64,000 nucleotides of DNA from a candidate division FCPU426 bacterium (GCA_963719085.1 CAVRAL010000004.1:480001-544000), one strand, 5' to 3'. Shown: positions 1 through 9,754, numbered from the stretch's first letter. Made by a program: numbers and translations. The notes: generated from the letters alone by a model not told the origin.

Positions 1-341
1 AGATGAGTCCCGAAAAGGGATAAGCCGTAAGCGAAGAGAACCAGGGCAACGGCGGAAGGAAGCATAAAACCGAGCCATGCCAGCAAGGCTCCCCAAACGC
101 CTCCCCGCGAAAGACCGATCGCGATGCCGACTTGACTGCTGGCCGGGCCCGGAAGGAACTGGCAAAGCGCCACCAGATCGACATAAGACTTTTCGCTAAA
201 CCACTTCCGGCGGGCAACGAATTCCTGCCGGAAATACCCCAGATGGGCGATTGGCCCGCCAAAAGAGGTCAGCCCAAGCCTAAGAAAAACCAGGAAGATT
301 TCGATTGGGTTGGAATCTGCCGCCTGTTTGGATGCGCTCAT
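1..341 (-). CDS. chrA: Chromate efflux transporter ChrA (N-terminal part; runs off the window edge)
   Basis: Not in the ORF track. Manual translation from ATG at 341: MSASKQAADSNPIEIFLVFLRLGLTSFGGPIAHLGYFRQEFVARRKW...CQFLPGPASSQVG, containing the CHR-family FGGP and PGP motifs. Confidence 0.93.
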   Translation of the reverse strand, partial: MSASKQAADSNPIEIFLVFLRLGLTSFGGPIAHLGYFRQEFVARRKWFSEKSYVDLVALCQFLPGPASSQVGIAIGLSRGGVWGALLAWLGFMLPSAVALVLFAYGLSLFGTH

Positions 342-453
342 CGGATATTTCTTTTTTCTTTCGGCCATTTAAACGCATCCTATGTTTCATATCAAAACCT
401 AGTATAAAGTATCGGGGTTGGCCATTTCCTGCAATGACGTAGAGGGGGCCCTT

Positions 454-1023
454 GTGTCTATTTTCCAAAAAATTGATGTTTCCATCTTTCGGTGGATAAA
501 CAGCGATTGGTCCAATCCTTTTCTCGATAAGGTATTCAGCCTCTTTAGCGACCTTCCAGTTCTTCTCGTTCCTGCCGTTGTTTTAATCGTTTGGCTTTTG
601 ATGAAAGGTGGAAAGGATGGGAGGGTTTTCGTATTGAAACTTGTCTTGGCGGTAATAGCCGCCAACGAAATCACGGAACTTCTGATTAGGCCTTGGGTAG
701 GCCGGGTGAGACCCTGCGTAGCCTTGCAGGGCGTGCATACTCCTGACGGAATATTGACGTCCTATTCTTTCCCTGCCGGCGCGGCGGCATTGATCGCAAG
801 CGTCATGTTTCTTTTAAGTGTCCGTTATCCCCGGTACAAATGGGTTTTTATTTTCATGGCGGCGATGGTGGGGCTTTCTCGGATCTACTTGGGCGTCCAT
901 TACCCGACGGATGTTTTGGGCGGATTCGTTATTGGTATTTTGGCGGGATCGGTCGTCCTGTTGGTTTTCCGGGTTGTTGGAAAAGCAATAACCCGAAAGC
1001 GCGGTTCCGACATTTCCCATTAA
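454..1023 (+). CDS. PAP2-family membrane phosphatase
   Basis: RVRP, SFPAG and SRIYLGVHYPTDV motifs. The C2 motif reads PAGA instead of PSGH. GTG start at 454 chosen for its RBS. Confidence 0.85.
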   Translation: MSIFQKIDVSIFRWINSDWSNPFLDKVFSLFSDLPVLLVPAVVLIVWLLMKGGKDGRVFVLKLVLAVIAANEITELLIRPWVGRVRPCVALQGVHTPDGILTSYSFPAGAAALIASVMFLLSVRYPRYKWVFIFMAAMVGLSRIYLGVHYPTDVLGGFVIGILAGSVVLLVFRVVGKAITRKRGSDISH

Positions 1024-1128
1024 CGCCGTCATCTTTTGTCGCCGGGACATCCGTTAAGTTCGCCAAACGTGGCAATCCGGGGGTATAATTTATCGGCAGT
1101 TTAACGGCAGGTATTCGGCGGAGGACTT

Positions 1129-2223
1129 ATGGCTTATCAACCGATATTTAAAGTGACCTCCCCCATGCTCAAGCTCCTGGGAAAAATGGAGGCGGCGCGA
1201 GAGATCGTCGAAACCCTGGACCTTCCATTTGACCTTGAACAAGAATTCCGTCAGGACGCCTCGGCGAGGATGACCCACTACTCCACAAAGATCGAGGGTA
1301 ACCGCCTCACCTTGAAGCAAACCAAGGAGCTTTTGGCGGGCCAAACGGTCATTGCCCGTGAGATTGATAAACGGGAGGCCATGAACTATTACGACTGCCT
1401 GGACTTGGTTCACCGGCATTCCAAAACCCAAAAACCGGTCACGGAAGCCCTTATCAAGGAAATCCATAAGACCGTCCAAAAAGGGATCGTGACGGGCAAA
1501 CTCCGGGGGGAATATCGTGATGCCCAAAATGCAATCTACGATTCGGCTACCCGGAAGCCGGTCTATTTCCCCCCTGAGGCCAAGGAAGTCCCCCCCCTGA
1601 TGAAATCATTCGTGTCCTGGCTCAACAGCGATAAGGATACTCATCCTATTTTGAAAGCGGGTGTGGCGCATTATCAGTTCGTCACGATCCACCCCTTCAT
1701 GGATGGTAACGGGCGGACGGCCAGGGCAATTGCCACCCTCCTGCTTTACCAAGAGGGATACAGCTTGAAGCGTTTTTATTCCCTTGAGGAATATTACGCG
1801 GAGGACTTGAAAGGTTATTACAACAACCTACACCTTTGCCAGGGTGTCCATTACTACAACAACCCCAACCCGGACATAACCCGTTGGTTGGAGTACTTCC
1901 TTAACGGTGCCGCCATCGTGTTTGAAAGGGTCAAGGAAAAGGCCTTGGCCGCCGCCAAAAAACGCCCGGCCCCGCAAAGCACTAGGGACGTTAAGCTCCT
2001 TCAAACCATTGGACCCAGGGAAAGGCGTGTGCTGGATTACTTTGGAAAGAATCTACAACTCAGGACCAAAAACCTCAGTTCCCTGTTCAACATCAAGGAG
2101 CGGGCGGCCCGGGACTTGTTGACCAAATGGATGAAGCAAGGCTTGGTTAAGAAGCAGGGTTCAGGCAAGCGGGACGCCTACTACATTTTATCGGCGGAAT
2201 ATCGGCGTCTTATCGGCAGTTAA
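1129..2223 (+). CDS. Fic-family protein with C-terminal winged-helix domain
   Basis: HPFMDGNGRTAR Fic motif, N-terminal STKIEGN inhibitory motif, C-terminal HTH-like segment. Confidence 0.93.
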   Translation: MAYQPIFKVTSPMLKLLGKMEAAREIVETLDLPFDLEQEFRQDASARMTHYSTKIEGNRLTLKQTKELLAGQTVIAREIDKREAMNYYDCLDLVHRHSKTQKPVTEALIKEIHKTVQKGIVTGKLRGEYRDAQNAIYDSATRKPVYFPPEAKEVPPLMKSFVSWLNSDKDTHPILKAGVAHYQFVTIHPFMDGNGRTARAIATLLLYQEGYSLKRFYSLEEYYAEDLKGYYNNLHLCQGVHYYNNPNPDITRWLEYFLNGAAIVFERVKEKALAAAKKRPAPQSTRDVKLLQTIGPRERRVLDYFGKNLQLRTKNLSSLFNIKERAARDLLTKWMKQGLVKKQGSGKRDAYYILSAEYRRLIGS

Positions 2224-2295
2224 AGAAGTGACCGTTTTTCAGGGAGGCGGCAAGGCAAACTTGGCAAGTTGGACGCCCAATGATAGGCTTTTCTT

Positions 2296-2415
2296 GAAGA
2301 GTCTTTAAGTGGCTTTCATCCAGGACCGATGATGTTCCTGGATGACCTTAAGGAACGAAAGTTCATAGGGCTCCAGGATTCTTTAAAGGGCCTCCTTCGG
2401 GGGCCTTTTTTATTT
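2296..2415 (+). ncRNA. Candidate structured small RNA or attenuator leader
   Basis: TTGGCA-N17-TAGGCT promoter-like sequence at 2261-2289, nested stems, GAAA tetraloop hairpin, intrinsic terminator. Confidence 0.4.
2385..2415 (+). terminator. Intrinsic terminator
   Basis: GGCCTCC-TTCG-GGGGGCC hairpin followed by a T-run. Confidence 0.85.
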
Positions 2416-2465
2416 GCTAAGCAAAGAAGGCCGGTTGGAAGATAGACAAAACAGGGGTGACTCAA

Positions 2466-2900
2466 ATGAAGGGCAACTTATTAAAACTTCAGGATTTAAA
2501 GGCCAATAACGAATAGTGCGACAAGGACCGGGTATTACTTTATGCCTGTTTCCAAATCCTTGTGGACTTCATCGATAAGGAAAAACCCCAAACGATCGTG
2601 GACTATAAGCACGACCGGGAACATCGGCGTCAATGGAAAGAACTTCAAACCCTTTATAAATATTGGAAACAGGATCGTCCAAAGCTGGAAAAAGAAAGCA
2701 TAAAAGCCTTAATGAAAGCGGGTCTAAGGATGGTGGACAAGCCCTCTAAAAGAAGCTCGGGGGCAAACACTGAAGTTCAAATTACAATCAAAGACAAACA
2801 GGCCTATCGTCTCCATAACCGCGTGGACAACAAGCTTCACAGGTTAGATGACGAAATGCTTCAACGACTTGTTAATATCAGAAATAATCTTTGGTGTTAA
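2466..2900 (+). pseudogene. Hypothetical protein interrupted by an in-frame TAG at 2514-2516
   Basis: ATG at 2466 with an AGGGGTG RBS is in frame with ORF 2562..2900: MKGNLLKLQDLKANNE*CDKDRVLLYACFQILVDF... Confidence 0.6.
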
Positions 2901-3087
2901 AAGCTTCGATTTAAAGGCTGATAAGTATGCAACCAAAATTTCTAGCCCAATTAAAAGAAAAATTAAATCGTGACGGTTCGTTCATGCCGCCATATATCAC
3001 ATCTGGCTTTCTAAATATTTTCCAACTCCGGATTTTCTCAATAAAGAAGATTGTGATCGAAAAAATTGGAGGAGGTGTTATGGAATA

Positions 3088-4974
3088 ATGCAAAATCAAT
3101 TTGAAAATTCATCTTGGAAATCTTTTCCCCGAATATGGAATCATAAATCGACGATTATTTCGGTCTTTACAGTATTGGCCCTTTTGTTACATCTGGTTTT
3201 TCGCTATGGAATTCATTCCACAGCCATTGCCTATCAGACCCCTTTATTCGCAGTGTTCATCCTTGGAGGATTGCCTCTTCTTTACGACCTGATTCAAAAA
3301 CTCTTAAAACTGGATTTTGGCGCCGATCTTTTAGGCGGTATTTCTATTATTGCTTCTGTCCTATTGGGGCAATATTTGGCCGGTTCAATAATCGTGTTAA
3401 TGCTGTCGGGCGGCGAAGCCTTGGAGAAGTACGCGTTGCGCAACGCTTCTTCGGTTTTGGCGGCGTTGGCAAAACGGATGCCATCGATTGCTCATAAGAA
3501 ATTGGATGGTGTAATTCAGGACGTGACGCTTTCTGACATCTTGGTCGGAGATACACTTATAATTTTTCCTCATGAAATTTGTCCTGCGGATGGCGCCGTG
3601 ATGGAGGGTCACGGTGTAATGGATGAATCCTATTTAACGGGAGAGCCGTTTCAAATTACGAAAACCCGTGGCTCGACAGTTATCTCGGGTTCGATCAATG
3701 GCGAATCACCATTAACGATTCAGGTTACCCAACGGGTCGCTGATTCCCGTTATGCGAAAATTATGGAGGTTATGCGGCAAACGGAGGACAAACGGCCGCA
3801 ATTGCGCAGGCTCGGGGATCAATTGGGCGCAATTTATGCCCCTTTCGCGCTAATCGTTTCCATCTTGGCCTGGGTTTTAAGTGGTGATCCAATTCGCTTT
3901 CTTGCGGTCCTAGTGATTGCGACTCCCTGTCCGTTGCTGCTGGCTATTCCAATCGCCATCATTGGTTCGATCTCCCTCTGTGCCCGTCGTTCAATCATCG
4001 TAAAAAATCCGGTCGCGCTCGAACAAATCGCAGGGTGCCGAACGGCGATTTTTGACAAAACAGGGACGCTCACTTATGGAGAACCTAAACTAACGGAGCA
4101 GGAAGTCGCGCCGGGATTTAAACAACACGAAGTCTTAATTCTCGTAGCCAGCTTAGAACGTTATTCTAAGCATCCCTTGGCACGGGCAATTCTTTTGTCG
4201 GCAAAGGAGCAGAATCTCCAACTTCCAGAAGCCACCGAGGTGAGTGAAAAACCCGGCCGGGGCTTGCAGGGGATCGTTTCTGGCCTTCATTTGCAGATCA
4301 CGAGCCGTAATAAGCTCGAGGGCCAAGGCGTCATTGGATTTGACCAAATTTCGCCTGTTGGCGGCGGGCTTGAGTGCGTTGTGGTGATAGACAATCACTT
4401 CGCGGCCTCCCTACATTTTCGGGATGCGCCCCGAACCGAAAGTTTATCCTTTGTGAAACACTTAGGACCCAAGCATCAATTCCAAAAAGTCATGATTGTA
4501 ACAGGTGATAGAGAATCCGAGGCCCGGTATCTCGCCGAACAGGTTGGCATCACCGAGATTTTCGCTCAGAAGAGTCCTGAAGAAAAACTAGAAATCGTCC
4601 GAAGGGAAACCTCGGTTGCCAAAACGCTTTACGTGGGGGATGGCATCAATGATGCGCCCGCCATGATGGCGGCCACTGTGGGAATAGCGATGGGTCAAAA
4701 CAGCGAAGTAGCGGCAGAAGCCGCGAGTGTTGTAATCATGGATAACTCACTCAAGAAAGTAGATGAGTTTATTCATATCAGTCGCCGGATGAGGATGATT
4801 GCGATTCAAAGTGCGGTTGGTGGAATGGCGCTGAGTGTCATCGGCATGGCATTCGCGGCAACAGGACATTTAGCCCCGGTCAGCGGGGCTATTATCCAAG
4901 AAGGAATAGATGTCTTTGCGATCTTGAACGCCCTGCGGGCGGCTTTGCCCCCTAAATTAATTAATGATCTTTAA
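3088..4974 (+). CDS. Heavy-metal P1B-type ATPase (P1B-5-like)
   Basis: TGEP, TPCP, DKTGT, HP, GDGINDAP and C-terminal QEGID motifs. Confidence 0.93.
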   Translation: MQNQFENSSWKSFPRIWNHKSTIISVFTVLALLLHLVFRYGIHSTAIAYQTPLFAVFILGGLPLLYDLIQKLLKLDFGADLLGGISIIASVLLGQYLAGSIIVLMLSGGEALEKYALRNASSVLAALAKRMPSIAHKKLDGVIQDVTLSDILVGDTLIIFPHEICPADGAVMEGHGVMDESYLTGEPFQITKTRGSTVISGSINGESPLTIQVTQRVADSRYAKIMEVMRQTEDKRPQLRRLGDQLGAIYAPFALIVSILAWVLSGDPIRFLAVLVIATPCPLLLAIPIAIIGSISLCARRSIIVKNPVALEQIAGCRTAIFDKTGTLTYGEPKLTEQEVAPGFKQHEVLILVASLERYSKHPLARAILLSAKEQNLQLPEATEVSEKPGRGLQGIVSGLHLQITSRNKLEGQGVIGFDQISPVGGGLECVVVIDNHFAASLHFRDAPRTESLSFVKHLGPKHQFQKVMIVTGDRESEARYLAEQVGITEIFAQKSPEEKLEIVRRETSVAKTLYVGDGINDAPAMMAATVGIAMGQNSEVAAEAASVVIMDNSLKKVDEFIHISRRMRMIAIQSAVGGMALSVIGMAFAATGHLAPVSGAIIQEGIDVFAILNALRAALPPKLINDL

Positions 4975-5055
4975 TAAGGTTATAATTGATTCCTGGATAT
5001 GCCAACCCTTTAAGCAATTTTGGGAATACTCTAAAAAAATAATCGGATTTTAAAC

Positions 5056-6012
5056 TTGAACCAATGGATTCAAAAAGTATTGGAAGGATACTCATTGCAA
5101 GGGAACCGGCTGGCTAATCGATTATTGGCTAGATCCAATTTCATTGAGAAACACAATCGCAAACCCAGAAATCCATTTTCAGCAAAAGCCACATTCGAGG
5201 ATTATATTTTTCAAAAGATGATCGGCCCTTGGACCCCTTTTGAAGAAAGTTGTGTTGATAAAGAAAGCGCGAAGGCCACGGCCACTAAGCTTTCCAGCAG
5301 GATTAAAACCACACCAACCATCACGGTGTTTCCTATAAGCTCCGACTACACTTTGGAAAAAGTTGGAAGTTTACTTTATCCATATATTGGCAAAAACATT
5401 TTGGCCAAATGTACCCATGCATCGGGTGGGATCGTGTTTCTTGGATTGAATAATTTAGAAAGAATCGTTAAACAAACAATTCGGATTTTTCAATTGGCAA
5501 AACAAAATTATTTTTTATTCGAATATGAATCCCAATATCGACGGTTGGTCCCCAAGATAATCCTTGAAGAATGCTTGCCAATGACCGGCATCCTGACAAA
5601 TGAAAGAATAGAGTACAAACCACCGCCTGATTTTCGATTTTATTCTACCCGGGGAAAGGTATTGTTTTGCCAGTACGACGATGGACGGTTTTCCGATCAT
5701 CGCCAAGCGCTTTTCACTGTTCCAGAACACAACCACATTCCCATTCTGAATATTTTTCCCCTTCCCGATCAATTGCCTTCTAAACCTGACCATTGGGTAG
5801 AAATGCTTCAAATCGCTTCGGACTTATCAAAACCTTTTGATTTCGTTCGAGTAGACCTTTATGACCTTCCTGATGGCGTTTATTTCAGCGAATTTACTTT
5901 TACGCCGAACGCATCATTTTTTCCATTTCAGGACAAAGCCTTTAGTCGACGTTTATTGGAAGACGTTTTATTGGCTTCAGGAAAAAAGTCAGGTGATACT
6001 TTCGTCGGATAA
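5056..6012 (+). CDS. TupA-like ATP-grasp protein
   Basis: K-C-T-H-A-S-G, IILEE, DFRFY and FVRVDLY...YFSEFTFTP motifs; start uncertain. Confidence 0.82.
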   Translation: MNQWIQKVLEGYSLQGNRLANRLLARSNFIEKHNRKPRNPFSAKATFEDYIFQKMIGPWTPFEESCVDKESAKATATKLSSRIKTTPTITVFPISSDYTLEKVGSLLYPYIGKNILAKCTHASGGIVFLGLNNLERIVKQTIRIFQLAKQNYFLFEYESQYRRLVPKIILEECLPMTGILTNERIEYKPPPDFRFYSTRGKVLFCQYDDGRFSDHRQALFTVPEHNHIPILNIFPLPDQLPSKPDHWVEMLQIASDLSKPFDFVRVDLYDLPDGVYFSEFTFTPNASFFPFQDKAFSRRLLEDVLLASGKKSGDTFVG

Positions 6013-6148
6013 ATCCGCTTGTTGGGCCATTTTAAACGTCTAACGAGCGGCTTGTTCTTGGGTATCGGGACCCGATTGTTATGATACGGTTACCCTTTTC
6101 ATATCAAAATTTCACCGGATTTTTTTAAAAACAAACACAGGAAATGCC

Positions 6149-7252
6149 TTGGAGCCCTACACGAGCCTAAATTTTTCAGGTGGTCCTGGCGCTTTACCTC
6201 AAGAGGTCCTGGAGGAAGCCAGTGAGGCAATACTCAGGGCTCCTGGAACCAATCAATCCATCTTGGGTATTAGTCATCGCTCTGATTATTTTAAAAACCT
6301 ACTGAAGGAGTCGGAGGGAATATTCCGAGAACTTTTAAATATACCCCCTGATTACCACGTGCTCCAACTTCAAGGCGGAAGCAGTCTCCAATTCTCTATG
6401 GTTCCAATGTTGCTTCTTCGAGGTAAAGAAAGACCGGCAGAATATTTGAAAACCGGATACTGGAGTTCAAAGTCCATACCAGACGCGCGGCTGGAAGGTT
6501 TAGTACATGTCCTTTATGACGGACAGAAGGAAAATTTTACTCAATTGCCAAACGAAGGAGAACTAACCTACGATTCCAAAGCATCCTACTTTCATTATGT
6601 TTCTAATGAAACGGTGGAGGGCCTCCAATTTCATTACCTTCCAGGCTTAAAAAACGTTCCAAGAATATGCGATATGTCCTCCGACTTTTTGAGTAAACCC
6701 ATGGATATCAATAATTTTAGCCTTGTCTATGCTCATGCACAAAAAAACCTGGGCCCCGCAGGTCTAACCTTGGTCATCATCAAGGATGAATTGTTAAACA
6801 ATGCTCCCGATCATTTACACAGCATTCTGGACTACCGAAATCATGTAGAAATGGGATCTATTTATAACACTCCCCCAGTTTTTTCCATTTACGTCACTTT
6901 GTTAGTTGCCCGTTGGCTAAAAAATAAAGTTGGCGGCCTTAATAAAATGAAAGATCTAAACAAAGAAAAAGCAAATTCCCTTTATGGTCTGTTGGACCGG
7001 TATCCGGATTTCTTTCGGATTCACGCAGTCCAAAAAGATAGGTCCCTCATGAACGTGGTATTCCATTTGCCGAGTCCTCTACTGGACAAGGCTTTTCTGG
7101 AGCAAGCCTCTGCCGCTGGTTTTTATGGTCTAGAAGGCCATCGATCCCTCGGCGGATTGCGGGCTTCCCTCTACAATTCCGTCACCCAAGAGGACGTTGA
7201 TCGACTTTTGGAATTCATATCTGATTTCCGGACAAAAAATTTAAATTTTTGA
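6149..7252 (+). CDS. serC: Phosphoserine aminotransferase (SerC family)
   Basis: NFSGGP, ISHRS, DMSSD, AQKNLGPAG (PLP lysine), NTPP and GHRSLGGLRASLYN motifs. Confidence 0.93.
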   Translation: MEPYTSLNFSGGPGALPQEVLEEASEAILRAPGTNQSILGISHRSDYFKNLLKESEGIFRELLNIPPDYHVLQLQGGSSLQFSMVPMLLLRGKERPAEYLKTGYWSSKSIPDARLEGLVHVLYDGQKENFTQLPNEGELTYDSKASYFHYVSNETVEGLQFHYLPGLKNVPRICDMSSDFLSKPMDINNFSLVYAHAQKNLGPAGLTLVIIKDELLNNAPDHLHSILDYRNHVEMGSIYNTPPVFSIYVTLLVARWLKNKVGGLNKMKDLNKEKANSLYGLLDRYPDFFRIHAVQKDRSLMNVVFHLPSPLLDKAFLEQASAAGFYGLEGHRSLGGLRASLYNSVTQEDVDRLLEFISDFRTKNLNF

Positions 7253-7270
7253 CTTACTTAAGGAAATGTT

Positions 7271-9190
7271 ATGGAAGAACTAAAAACCAAAGTCCTTTTG
7301 GCGGAAGCCTCAAATGATGCCAGGGAATATTGGAGTAATGTGCTTTCCGAGATTCATGATTCAGACATCGAGTTTCTGCGTTTTACAAACAAGAACGAAA
7401 TTGACGAATCAATTCACGATTGGATTCCTGATATCGTCGTCCTTGATTTGACAATGGCGGGAGATAGAGGCCGGGAGGAATTTTTAAATCTTTATAAATC
7501 TAATTCCGACATTCCATTCATCGTTATTGTCGGAGCCGAAAACCATGAGTTGAGCATTCAAGCCGTTCAGGCAGGGGCTCGGGATTGTTTGATCAAAATT
7601 ACGGACGATGTTTCCGCAATGAGCCGTTCCCTGCGGACTTCCATATGGAACCAAACCCACTTGAAAATGCTTCGTTCAATTATGGGAATCGATCAATTGA
7701 CGGATTTGAATAATCGAAAAAAATTATTGTTCCAAGTCGAACAAAAACTTAAACAGGCGAGCAAAACCAGGCAGATGCAGTTACTCAAGTTAAGAAAGGC
7801 GTTGCTTGAAGAAGCCGAGATTCGAATTACTATCGATCCCTATGACATCGAAGCTTATTTTTATAAGGCCAGGATATTACGGGAGCTCGATAGGATTGAA
7901 GAATCGCAACTGGCCTTCCAAGAGATTCTCAACCGTGGCCCTAAAGTGTTGGGCCCCAAAAGGGCTACCGAATCAATCTATTTTAAGGCCTATGCGGAGG
8001 CCGTATACCGACACCCCGATGATCCCGATGGACATTTAGTCCTGGCTGGGTTAATGCGAGAAAATGAAAATTTTAAATCTGCGCTCGCCGAATATGAACA
8101 TGTTTTAAAATTAATTCCGAACCATCCAAACGCGACTATTGAAAAAGAAAATTTGTTGCAATTGATTGGTAAAAAATCAGAGTTAGCTTTAAGACAGATT
8201 GAAATCCAAAGGGTTGCCGACAATTCAAAAATAAAATCTAATGCTAAGCCAATCCCAACGATTTTGCTCTCGACTTTGTCTGATTGTAATGCCCCATTTA
8301 AAAGGTTTCTGGATGAAAAAACATTTCAGGTAACCGAAATCATTTGTGAATTTTGCGATCCAAACTATGTTTTGCCCCCACATAAGTTATTCGTTAATGC
8401 CATTGGTGATGCGGATATGGGTGCGAGCGCGCTTACAAAGGCAGAGGCAATTGTAGCGAGTTCTCAATCCCCGGTAATTAATTACCCTTCTTTGGTCAAG
8501 GTTACAAGTCGTTTGGAAAACGCGAACCGGCTTTCAAAAATTAACAATGTTATAACTCCACGCATTATTGAATTGCCGAGAGATCTGCTTTCGAAATCAG
8601 CATGGCAAGAAGTGGCAAGCAATTACGGCTTCTCCTTTCCGTTTCTTTTGCGTGCCCCCGGATTTCACACTGGGCGTTACTTTCAATTGGTTTCAAATGA
8701 AAACGAACTTTTAGCGGCTGTCAAAAGTATGCCGGGCAACACCTTGTTGATGATCCAATATTTAGAAACTGTTGAATTGGATGGAAGCCTCCGAAAATAT
8801 CGGGTCATGATGATTGACGGTAAGCTTTATCCCGCCCATCTGGCTATTTCGCACCAATGGAAAATTCATTACTTTTCCTCGGATATGTTTGATAACGCGG
8901 ATTTTAGAAAGGAAGAAGCGGAGTTTTTAAGGAACATGGAAAGAACTCTCGGCCCCAAAGCCTTTAACGCGTTAGGTGATATTTGCAAGGAACTTGCCCT
9001 TGATTACGCTGGGGCCGACTTTGGTTTAGACAAAGAAGGGAATCTTGTCTTATTTGAAGCGGATGCAACTATGAATATTCCGCCATTGGGATCGGACCCC
9101 CGTTGGGATTACCGTCGCCCCTATGTTTCCAATATCATGGAGGCGGCTCGAAAAATGTTACTGGATAGGGCTTTGGCTGCAAGGGGTTAA
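7271..9190 (+). CDS. Receiver domain-TPR-ATP-grasp (RimK-like) fusion protein
   Basis: N-terminal REC (DIVVLDL, AGARDCLIK), TPR-like helices, C-terminal RAPGFHTG...RKYRV...DYAGADF...LFEADATM. Confidence 0.75.
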   Translation: MEELKTKVLLAEASNDAREYWSNVLSEIHDSDIEFLRFTNKNEIDESIHDWIPDIVVLDLTMAGDRGREEFLNLYKSNSDIPFIVIVGAENHELSIQAVQAGARDCLIKITDDVSAMSRSLRTSIWNQTHLKMLRSIMGIDQLTDLNNRKKLLFQVEQKLKQASKTRQMQLLKLRKALLEEAEIRITIDPYDIEAYFYKARILRELDRIEESQLAFQEILNRGPKVLGPKRATESIYFKAYAEAVYRHPDDPDGHLVLAGLMRENENFKSALAEYEHVLKLIPNHPNATIEKENLLQLIGKKSELALRQIEIQRVADNSKIKSNAKPIPTILLSTLSDCNAPFKRFLDEKTFQVTEIICEFCDPNYVLPPHKLFVNAIGDADMGASALTKAEAIVASSQSPVINYPSLVKVTSRLENANRLSKINNVITPRIIELPRDLLSKSAWQEVASNYGFSFPFLLRAPGFHTGRYFQLVSNENELLAAVKSMPGNTLLMIQYLETVELDGSLRKYRVMMIDGKLYPAHLAISHQWKIHYFSSDMFDNADFRKEEAEFLRNMERTLGPKAFNALGDICKELALDYAGADFGLDKEGNLVLFEADATMNIPPLGSDPRWDYRRPYVSNIMEAARKMLLDRALAARG

Positions 9191-9223
9191 GTACTATATT
9201 CAAGTGTTAAAAGGTGGATAGAA

Positions 9224-9754
9224 ATGATAAGAGGAATATTTTTTGGAATTTTGATTACCTTAGCTTTGGGATTGGTCGGCTGTTACGTTTTTGTCGTCAA
9301 GGGTTGGATGCCAGCCAACGCCGATAGCAAACCCAGCTTGCTGGAAACCTGGGCGGCCCATAAATCCCTTCATGCTCTCATCAAACGGGAAGCGCCCCAG
9401 GGTCCCAATCCCATATCGTTGACTGACGCCAATTTGATTTCAGGAATTAAGTTCTACTCGGTTAATTGCGCCGTTTGTCATGGGACTTCGGACGCCAAAG
9501 CCTCGAATATCGCCGTCGGGCTTTACCAACACGCCCCCCAGTTGGCTCAAGATGGCGTGGAAGATGATCCGGATGGCGTTACTTATTGGAAAATTAAACA
9601 TGGGATACGCTTGACGGGGATGCCGGCATTTAGCGGAACATTGAATGATCAGCAAATTTGGCAAATCGCGCTTTTCTTGAAACACATGGATTCTTTGCCT
9701 GTTGCCCCGGAAAAGGCGTGGAAGAATTTGCCCAGCTCGGCTTCCATGAATTGA
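9224..9754 (+). CDS. Membrane-anchored monoheme cytochrome c
   Basis: N-terminal TM helix, CAVCH, GIRLTGMPAF. Confidence 0.9.
   Translation: MIRGIFFGILITLALGLVGCYVFVVKGWMPANADSKPSLLETWAAHKSLHALIKREAPQGPNPISLTDANLISGIKFYSVNCAVCHGTSDAKASNIAVGLYQHAPQLAQDGVEDDPDGVTYWKIKHGIRLTGMPAFSGTLNDQQIWQIALFLKHMDSLPVAPEKAWKNLPSSASMN

Noticed and set aside
132..468. ORFs 132..407 and 280..468
   Set aside because: Overlap the minus-strand chrA frame that the track missed
2296..2415. Hammerhead ribozyme or fluoride riboswitch
   Set aside because: Core consensus elements (CUGAUGA with GAAA geometry; crcB pseudoknot) are not matched
2514..2516. Pyrrolysine or genome-wide TAG recoding
   Set aside because: TAG ends normal genes here (e.g. 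integrase, pyrD, uppP) and no pyl genes are seen
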